From Amoeboaphelidium occidentale (lineage: Eukaryota), in NCBI GenBank assembly GCA_023515795.1, contig JALGPX010000099.1:1-42381 (forward strand): 42,381 nt of DNA. The letters run 5' to 3'. A program made the translations under genes and the position numbers. Shown one piece after another: positions 34,174-42,381 of this stretch. The notes under the pieces were generated by a model. It saw only the letters and a program-made list of their open reading frames with translations. It was not told the origin of the DNA and did no database searches. Each line of letters begins with the position of its first letter. The first letter of the stretch is position 1.

Positions 34174-35496
34174 ATGACTTCCGAAAACTTGTGGCAAAGC
34201 TGGCTCGCTAAACAACAACAGTCTTCACTGCCATCGAGAACTGTAGCTGTATTTGGTACCTCTTAAATCTTATGAGTGCCCTCTTATCTTTTTATAGGAA
34301 GTATTCAAAGCGGCAAAAAGTCCCTCTTGAGGGCCACTTTCGGAAAGCATTTAAAAGCAATAGAGACTGCACAGAAGCTGGTCGCTGTTGATTTCTCAGC
34401 TTACGATGTTGTGGATGATAACGAAGTGTTGGGTAGAATGGGAATGTATATGATAAGTAGAGAGTTTAAAGATTTAATGGGGCAAAAGTGGTTGGTGCCG
34501 TCGCTGGATGCAAGCATTATCGTACTGGACTGGCAGAAGCCTGAGGAGTTTATTAATGAATTGAAATTCTGGCTTGAAGCACTGGAGAACTGTATCTCTG
34601 CACAATCCGAAAAAGACGATTTGGTAGACAGACAGAATGCTTTGCGCCATCTTTGGTCTCACGCAGGGGAATCAGACGCTTCAAAGGAAACATCTCCTGG
34701 AGAACTTTTACAGGGAGATCTGACTAGGAATACCGGAATGAAGCTGTTTATTGTATGTCACAAGTCTGATACTGTTCACTCGCTTGAGAAGGATGGTGTT
34801 TTAAATGAGGAAAAGTCTGATCAGATCCAACAACTTCTAAGGACTCTTTGTTTACAGTACGGTGCGTCTTTGCTATACACAAATACCTTTAAACCAGAGA
34901 ACACAGAGAAACTCCATCATTATCTTTTATACTCTCTGTTCAATATTAAACCGCAAGATATGGAGACAGCATTCAAGCCGAATGTTGTCGAGAAGGATCT
35001 TTTATTCGTTCCGTTCGGATGGGACTCATGGGGAAAGATTAATGTATTACGATCATTCGATTGTAAACGGTTTCAATTAGGGCAGTATCCTGATGTTGCT
35101 AATTGGGCTTCCGTTGCAGATTTTTATGCTGAAGTTTTCAAGAATAGGAAACATAACACTAATGAACATGGAAAAGAAAACATTCCTGTAATTCAAGCTG
35201 AAGATGAACAACAATTTCTAGAGAAACAGCATCAGATTCTTGTGAGCATCGGAGGAGTATCAAACATTAATCAATCTGCGTCGAAAGAAGTTCTTGCGGG
35301 CGTTGGTACTGCAAGTTCAACCTCAACTTCGCCTGTACCGCCGTCTGCGCAGTCTCAAGATGGATCTCAAAATCAAGTCTTGGCATCATTCTTTCAATCC
35401 CTATTGAACAAGAAGGGTGGAGCTTCTGGTACTTCACCCTCAAGTGTCAAAAGAGGTGCGGTAGAAGCTGAACTTGATAAAATGCGATCTAAATAG
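34174..35496 (+). CDS. Cytoplasmic dynein light intermediate chain; intron 34256-34297
   Basis: ENLWQS, degenerate P-loop G|SIQSGKKS, LDWQKP, IQQLLRTLCLQYGASLLYT, FVPFGWDSWGKI, VLASFFQSLL. Confidence 0.9.
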
Positions 35497-35526
35497 ACGT
35501 ATAAGTTTCGAAGAGGTGTTGAAACA

Positions 35527-36393
35527 ATGTTTTTGTGTATTTCAGACAGCCACAAAGTCTCGTTTCAAAGTGGCGCACCGTTTTGGTACAGACAACTTGC
35601 GATGCCAATGCATTCCATCTTTAAATTTATACCACCAGAGCCCGTGAAAAGAGGCAAAAAGAAACTTAGCGACTCTGACATTGAAGTCTCAAGCTCTGAC
35701 GAAGAAGAAAGGCGCATTAGAAACTCCAGAGGTCTAAAGAATCGATCCAGATCTTTAAATGCTCAAGAGAATCATTATGAAACTAGTTACAAGAACAAAG
35801 TTTACTGGGCTAAGACAGATTTCAGCGAGAACGAAGAAGGAATGTATGATTCTACTGATGGCATGGTCATTGACGGAGGTGCAGACAAGAAAACAATCAG
35901 AACCAAGAACATTCTCCAACGACTGACTTATCCACACGAGGAATGTTACAAGGCATTCCATCAGTACAATGTTGGCGATGACTGTGATGAGAACGATGTG
36001 AATGGCCACGTCGAAGAAAAGTTTTACTATGAACAGGCTTGTTACGGTTTCCGTGATGGTGATCGTCAGTATGTTTACGGCGAGCCAAACATAATATTGG
36101 ATTATATACCACCGTTGGGGCCTGATAGACCTTATCCAAAGAAGAGATCTTATAGGCCTAGAAAGCCAAGAACTAAAGATGAACTTGACAATCAGATGGA
36201 CAAGTACAGATCAAGGCTTCCACACGAGTTCAGCGCATCAGAAGATGAAATGCAACAAGATGAACAAGAAAAGTTAGGTTACAGAATAAGAGAAGAAGGT
36301 GTTCCTAATTGGAGAACAGTTCCGCAGAAGTCGCAGGAAGAGCTTGACATGGAAATGGATGACTACAATGCAAAAAGACAAGTAAAAGCCTAA
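35527..36393 (+). CDS. Uncharacterized protein with two FoP/UAP56-binding-like motifs
   Basis: TKDELDNQMDKY and KSQEELDMEMDDY; start may be 35527 or 35602. Confidence 0.65.
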   Translation: MFLCISDSHKVSFQSGAPFWYRQLAMPMHSIFKFIPPEPVKRGKKKLSDSDIEVSSSDEEERRIRNSRGLKNRSRSLNAQENHYETSYKNKVYWAKTDFSENEEGMYDSTDGMVIDGGADKKTIRTKNILQRLTYPHEECYKAFHQYNVGDDCDENDVNGHVEEKFYYEQACYGFRDGDRQYVYGEPNIILDYIPPLGPDRPYPKKRSYRPRKPRTKDELDNQMDKYRSRLPHEFSASEDEMQQDEQEKLGYRIREEGVPNWRTVPQKSQEELDMEMDDYNAKRQVKA

Positions 36394-36425
36394 AATAAAC
36401 CGAATTTATCTCGATTAATCCAAAT

Positions 36426-38006
36426 TTATGATGAATAGAATACGAGCATACCATCCTCGTGGAAAGAGGCAAGAATGCTTGACTTTGGGTTTGATGCAAA
36501 TGCGATCATTTCTGTTTCATGAATTGTCACTAGCATCTTCTGATCATATGTAAACAACTCTTTTCTTTTTATAAAAGAGTATAGTTGATAGTCATCAGTA
36601 ACTGCAAACAATAAGCCTCGTTCAGAGACAGCAAACCCTATTATTTCTCTCGGCAAGTTCATCGAAGAAACAGTCTTTCCTGTACTAATATCAACAAGAT
36701 AAATACCTCTAGCAGTCGCAGTTGCTACAATAGACGGGAATCCAGGTACAAAACAAATAGACAATACAGGCGGAAGATTTGTTTCGTTTTCATCCAGTCT
36801 AATTTTGTGGACACAAGAGCATGTTTTTGTGTTCCAGATCCTGACAGAGCCATCACCACTTGCAGAAATCAAAGCATTACCAGCTTCATTAAATTGAAGA
36901 GAGCTAACATAAGAAGTATGTCCGTAAAATTCCTTCAAAACTCGTCCCGACTTTAAACCGAATAATTTAATACTTCCATCGAAACCACCGCAAATAACTC
37001 CAGACATATCATTAAGAAACGTAACGGAAATAACTCCTTTACTTTGAGCCTTTTCTATGATCTTCACAGTCTTGCCTGTCAAAAATGTAAACAACTTGAT
37101 TTGTCCACTTTGGGTTCCAGCCGCTAACAGACTTCCATTCTTTGAAAAACAAAGTGAAAGCACTGCAGTATCGCACGACATAAATTTCCTTTCCCTTTGA
37201 TACTCAAAATCAGCAGAAAGTTTTCCGGAATTGTAATTCCATACTTCGATGAAACCATCTATGCTTCCGGTAACAAAATAGTTACCATCAGGGCTAAAGC
37301 AACCAGATTCAGCATGGCTCTTCTTTGTCATATCGATCTTTGAGAGAATCTTGCGAGGTAAGCCATCGTTTCTAGCCTTCTTGTGTAAAGGCTGCTCTTT
37401 AAAGACAGTGTCAAGGAATAGATCATAGCGGAATTCTTGGTTTTCTTTGTTCACAAAACTTTCATCTAACACGCCCTTGTGTTGTTTCCACTTTAAAGCG
37501 TCATTTATAATTTGAAGCAGTCGTCCTGAGGGCGCGTTTGTCACCAAAGTTGTTAATTTCTCGGCCAAAGCGTTACGATAATGCTCCAGGCCTTCAGGGA
37601 ATAATTCGTTCTCAGTAGCTGCCACCCCAACAGACAATCTCGAAAGCATTTCCTCCATGGCAGTGTATTCATTCTCAGAAGTTGATCGCCAATGCTCCAT
37701 TGGATCCGTTTGCCTCAAGACTGTAGACGCAGCTTCCGGTTCATGAAGCAGAACTAATTCCTTAATTATGTGCAAGTAATATGGAATCTTGTTTTCCGTA
37801 GAAATGTTAAGTAAAGAGAGTCCTTTCAAGCTATCCGCTAAGTTTCCAGAACGTATCGCATACTGAACTTCCTCGACGGAGTGCTGCGCCGTAGTGATTA
37901 AAGGGGAGCCGAATTCATTAAGCAGAGCATCAGCAGTATTATTAAAGCCATTTTCCGTTAAGAATTGATGGATTATCTGAATGATTTCCGTTGTAGCAAC
38001 TTGCAT
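36426..38006 (-). CDS. SMU1: WD40 splicing factor SMU1
   Basis: LisH IHQFLTENG, CTLH-like region, PSGRLLQIINDALKW, FSPDGNYFVTGSIDGFIEVWNY, GLKSGRVLKEFYGHTSYV. Confidence 0.88.
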   Translation of the reverse strand: MQVATTEIIQIIHQFLTENGFNNTADALLNEFGSPLITTAQHSVEEVQYAIRSGNLADSLKGLSLLNISTENKIPYYLHIIKELVLLHEPEAASTVLRQTDPMEHWRSTSENEYTAMEEMLSRLSVGVAATENELFPEGLEHYRNALAEKLTTLVTNAPSGRLLQIINDALKWKQHKGVLDESFVNKENQEFRYDLFLDTVFKEQPLHKKARNDGLPRKILSKIDMTKKSHAESGCFSPDGNYFVTGSIDGFIEVWNYNSGKLSADFEYQRERKFMSCDTAVLSLCFSKNGSLLAAGTQSGQIKLFTFLTGKTVKIIEKAQSKGVISVTFLNDMSGVICGGFDGSIKLFGLKSGRVLKEFYGHTSYVSSLQFNEAGNALISASGDGSVRIWNTKTCSCVHKIRLDENETNLPPVLSICFVPGFPSIVATATARGIYLVDISTGKTVSSMNLPREIIGFAVSERGLLFAVTDDYQLYSFIKRKELFTYDQKMLVTIHETEMIAFASNPKSSILASFHEDGMLVFYSS

Positions 38007-38227
38007 TGCGATCAAGAAGAAATTGTGCTATCGCATTTACGCAAGGCCTTAAGCTCATAGCATATCACGCATTCATATGGACCGGAAGCCAATTTCCTTC
38101 GTAAAACTTCTACTTGCTTCCTACGGGTTTGAAACAGCGATTTGAGTTTGTCGAGATAGAACGATCCGGCGTTTTCAAATAGATTCTAATGCAACGGAAT
38201 TCGTCAAAGAGTTTTCAGGGATTTTCT

Positions 38228-39815
38228 ATGGCGACTACTACAGAAGATGAATCTACAGCTGGGGACAATGTGAGGCGAAGTCCCCGTAAAGTTGCAGCGA
38301 GAAGACGAAAAGCTAAAGGCAACAACAATGCTAATGCTTCGGAACAGTCGCCTTTCTTTGTAAAGACTGATGAGGAAGAGATGGAAGAAGAAGAGCATGG
38401 GGCTGCCCCTGCTCATGCTTTGGCTGATTCTACGCAGAAGGCCTCAACAGGGACTTTAAATGGTCATCCTTCAGCGAATGGTAGCAACGACCCACAATTA
38501 GCTGCGGCACTTGCCACGCCACTATTAACAGAACTACCATCTTCGAAGCGTATCAGGGATTTTACTGTGCGATTTGTATGGACTTGGTTAATGCTGGGCG
38601 GTTTCTTTTTAGTACTTGCTTATGGCCCATTTGCTGTTTCACTTTTGGTGTTGGGCGTACAGATTCTTGTCTTCAGGGAAGTCATTGCTATTGCACACGT
38701 TCCAAACAAAGAAAAGAAGCTTCCGTGGTTTCGTGCGCTTAATTGGTTCTTCCTATTAGTTACTAACTATTATTTGTATGGGGAGACAATGTTTACACAC
38801 TTCCAGAGGAGCGTTACAGTTGATGCATTTCTGCAACCTCTTGCAACACATCACAGATTTGTATCCTTTATACTATATTGCGTGCTTTTGATATATTTTG
38901 TCATGAACTTAAAGAAGGGTCACTACAAGTTCCAGTTTCTGCAATTCTTTTGGACACACATGACGCTTTTGGTTGTTGTGCTTCAGTCCCATTTTATTAT
39001 ATCGAGTATTTTTGAAGGTCTGATATGGTTCTTGCTTCCGGTATTACTGGTTGTAACTAATGATATCATGGCTTATGTTGGTGGTTTCTTTTTTGGTAAG
39101 ACTCGTTTGATCAAGCTGTCACCAAAGAAAACCTGGGTAATATTTTAGTGTTGCTGAAGCTTTTAATGTTTTATAGGAAGGATTTCTATTTGGATTCTTT
39201 TGTACGCTTGTGTTTTCTGTCATATTTACGAGGATATTCATTAAGTATCCTTATCTTACATGCCCTGTCAAAGATCTTCACACAAATATCTGGAGTCAAG
39301 TTGAGTGCCCTACAAATCCTGCTTTTATTCCAGTGGCGTATCAATTATCACCAGCACTTCGAAGTTTAGCTCGCCACGTTGGTTTGGGAGAAATGAAACA
39401 TGTGATGATTCCTACTGTTATCTGGCATGCTTTGGCCATGGCTGTCTTTGCATCTATTATCGCACCTTTTGGGGGATTCTTTGCTAGTGGCTTCAAGAGA
39501 GCCTTTAAAATGAAGGACTTTGGAGTATCTATTCCGTAAGTGTTATACTGAAACCATTTAATGGAGTTTAGTGGACACGGAGGTATAACAGACAGAATGG
39601 ATTGCCAACTGATAATGGGAGTCTTTAGTTACATGTATTACACAACATTCATCAAGGTATTTTATGACACTTTGATCTTCACTAATTTTAAGATGTATGA
39701 GCCAATTACAGTCGACATGTTACTAGGTTCAATAGTGGACGGACTGAATCCCAATGATCAACTTGAACTGTATCATAGTTTGCATGATTATCTGAGGGGG
39801 CAAGGTATAATATAG
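38228..39815 (+). CDS. CDS1: Phosphatidate cytidylyltransferase; introns 39137-39176, 39536-39571 and 39657-39692
   Basis: LIKLSPKKTW|EGF, APFGGFFASGFKRAFKMKDFG..IP|GHGGITDRMDCQ; alternative start at 38189. Confidence 0.95.
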
Positions 39816-39822
39816 TTGGTTT

Positions 39823-40596
39823 TCACTGCAGATCTTTAATGTATCTCTCCCTTTGCGCATTGAGCTTTTGTTCATTAGATTTTTTCTTTGGTATTAAATC
39901 TTTCAGGATTTTTAAATGATTCTGAAATATTTCTTCTCTGTTCTCGTCATTAGGAATCTTGGACACTCTTGCCAGGTCAAGCATTACAGGCTGAAGAGTC
40001 CAGCCGTTCTTAATCTCTGATGGAAGTAAGCCGATATGATCCCATTTCACCTTTCTATCTTCCTGCTTCCAACCGCACTCAATTATCATTCGATGTAAAG
40101 CTATTCTAGCAACTTTCAGTGGATCACTCAACAAGCTTTTTGATTCATCGTTCTCAAGTACAGAATCCTCTTTCATTACTGAAACGTCAAAAAAGGAGGG
40201 ATATTATCACTTGTAGATTGTCAGCGAGACTCCCAAGTTGACATTGGACAGAATCGTAACTCATTAGGATATCGACGAATATGAAATACGAACGGCATCA
40301 TCATGGCATATCGTTTAAGCATAGAAACTACAATTGTGTCTACTTCCCATAATTCCTTCCACATCTTCTGTTCATTTTCTGCCATGTATTTTTCTTGAGC
40401 AAGATCGTCATCAATGAAGAACTTGGCGACCCAAATGTGACCCTCGCCTTAGGATTTGCACCGGTAGTCCATAAAGCAACCTTTCCGTCTCCTGTATGTT
40501 TATAAACATGCAGAAAGAACAATTTGCGTGGATTGCCAGGCAGTGGGAATTCATCCCTTGCTCGTTGATTAGAACAAATATGAATATGACTAAAGA
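39823..40596 (-). pseudogene. Decayed, 5'-truncated kinase-like (DUF5898/Crinkler-associated-like) gene
   Basis: Manual translation: ...LFFLHVYKHTGDGKVALWTTGANP[fs ~40449]GEGHIWVAKFF...ENEQKMWKELW...YAMMMPFVFH...SR*(40221-40223)...PPF[fs ~40190]DVSVMKED...WKQEDRKVKWDHIGLL...PVMLDLARV. Family assignment is from remembered motif pattern. Confidence 0.6.
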
Positions 40597-42381
40597 CACT
40601 GTTCCCATAACAACCGTCAGGATCGCCGCGTTTTTGCAATAATGTTCACTTCTCTTTATCATTCTTTCTCTATTGGGTCCACTTTCTTTTCGAAAATTCT
40701 CATCAAATGCACATTCCACCTGATGCTAGCCAAGATCACAGTGAAAGCAATCCCCATGTAGATCAAGCCTTTCCTATGGATCTTGACACCACGGATCAAC
40801 CGACTAATATTGTGGAGATTGAAATGGAACCGGTTCAAAGAACGGCTGCTTCAGCTGTAGATGTGATATCCACTGGCGATGATGTTGTTGGTGTCTCTTC
40901 ATCCGCATCAAAACGCAAGAGGAGAACTCAATGTAAATGCGGATATACAACTCATTTGAACATCTCCCACTCTACGTGCCCATTCAACAAGAAGCTAAAA
41001 TATAATTCAGTAATCGACCCTGTCTCAGCAAATGCATCTCCTTTTGTAGCCGCAAACGATCAATCTGCTGATAATGAGAATTCCGTAAAGAAGTGTCCAT
41101 CCTGCGGGGGGACTGATCACCAGCGGAAGTCAAGCAAAAAGTGTCCCAAGTATCAAGGAAACTTCGCAGATAGATACAAAGAACATGATCAAGAAGAATC
41201 TGAATGTACAGTAAAGTTAGGCTTGAATACTCTGTATAATCGAAAGTTGGAACCAGAGCAAAAGCAGCTGCTGCATAACGTTATACAAGATGCTGTATAT
41301 CGGATGGCAGAAATTTATTGTGAAACTACTAAATTGCTTCAAGGATACTTGATTTGGATTTTGGAACATGGTGGTAACATCCCCGATATTAGGTTTAGCG
41401 ATGGCATATTATCACAATTTTTCCAGGCTGTACAATTTGCGAATGAAAATTCTTATAGAGTTCCAAATACAGTCGCCACTGAAAGCGTTAATAGGTACGT
41501 CTCGGAGTTCTATAGTGCCGCAAGAGGAGAAAAGTCTTTTTGCGACGGATCCGGTCTNTGGTAACATCCCCGATATTAGGTTTAGCGATGGCATATTATC
41601 ACAATTTTTCCAGGCTGTACAATTTGCGAATGAAAATTCTCATAGAGTTCCAAAGACAGTCGCCACCGAAAGCGTTAATAGGTACGTCTCGGGGTTCTAT
41701 AGTGCCGCAAGAGGAGAAAAGTCTTTTTGCGACGGATCCGGTCTGTCGCATATGATTGCGACAGTTGCGAAAATGTATGGGACAAACTGCATGGTGCATT
41801 ATTCTTTGAACATGAGAAGATATTTGAAGCAGGTCCTGTGATTTTATTTGAAGCAATCTATCAGTGAGGATGTGAACGCAAAATCATTTAAGAGAATCGA
41901 ATCATACCTCCTTAAACAGTTGTGTAGAGAAGAATATCATAACAATCTTATACAGTTCCCCGTTGATGCGTTAAAATTCAACGATCATTGTAAATCATCT
42001 GGAGATTTACAAGAAGATCAGAGAACTCTCCTCTCCAAAGTCGTAACAGTTTGGGATAGAATGCTGAATATCATGGAATTTAAAACCGCTGGATCAGAAA
42101 CAATCAAAAAAACTTGGTGGTCTTATATCAATCCGTTCTATAATCTATTAGTCGTGTCAGGCGAATATTGTCTGTCTGAAGCTGAGCAAAGAAGAACAAG
42201 CAAAATCAAGGGCCGCTCCCTGCGATTATTTAATTTATTTCCCCAAGCTTCTCATCATCTGATGCATATTCCAATTGACAGTACAATATTGGTTGATCTT
42301 CTTTCCTCCGTCGGCCTGAAGAAATTTGGTTACAAGAACAAAGAAGAATGCGCGGCTGATCCACTGAAAGTTTGGAAATCG
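40597..42381 (+). mobile_element. Transposon carrying a Fanzor1-like ORF (ATG 40707), running off the window; left boundary approximate
   Basis: Two Cys/His zinc knuckles, TVKLGL...IQDAVYRM..IYCE..KLL..YL...L.....IP, and RLFNLFPQ....MHIPIDSTILVDLL...VW, which resemble the Fanzor1 N-terminal half; intronless; interrupts a pseudogene; internal TGA at 41839-41841. Confidence 0.7.
41372..41744. repeat. 186-bp direct duplication around single N (41558)
   Basis: 41372-41557 vs 41559-41744 with 4 substitutions. Confidence 0.9.

Noticed and set aside
40411..40719. 102-aa minus-strand ORF with a hydrophobic stretch
   Set aside because: Spans the inferred element/pseudogene junction in a non-homologous frame and lacks an ATG start; likely spurious.
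41839..41841. Selenocysteine or recoded TGA
   Set aside because: No redox-motif context or visible SECIS; TGA is a normal stop in host genes; decay of a transposon copy is simpler.
1..42381. Alternative genetic code (TAA/TAG = Gln)
   Set aside because: Conserved genes end at TAA or TAG at their expected C-termini and have no internal TAR codons.

Overview
Very compact eukaryotic genomic DNA, most likely an early-diverging fungus or close holomycotan relative (inference from gene content and architecture). It uses the standard genetic code and has many tiny GT-AG introns (30-50 nt) and intergenic gaps often under 100 bp. About 24 host genes can be reconstructed: KIN1/MARK-type kinase, cytochrome b561, NDUFB8, two tandem cystathionine gamma-lyases, DnaJ-TMEM185-like, a hidden MRX7/NCBP2AS2-like microgene, SMYD, STT4, SRP40, a hidden NDUFA1, ABHD hydrolase, FYV7-like, SEL1-repeat, ADA3, TM9SF3, PRI1, two orphan membrane paralogs, SLX4-like, PAP1, dynein LIC, FoP-motif protein, SMU1 and CDS1. 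The last 2.5 kb is accessory. A decayed kinase-like (DUF5898/Crinkler-associated-like) pseudogene is cut at its 5' end by a mobile element. That element's ORF looks like the N-terminal half of a Fanzor1 (eukaryotic TnpB-related RNA-guided nuclease) with two N-terminal zinc knuckles; its RuvC domain and omegaRNA would lie beyond the window. Three N-gaps are flanked by near-identical duplicated sequence and are probably assembly overlaps. All family calls come from motif recognition by eye, not from database searches.
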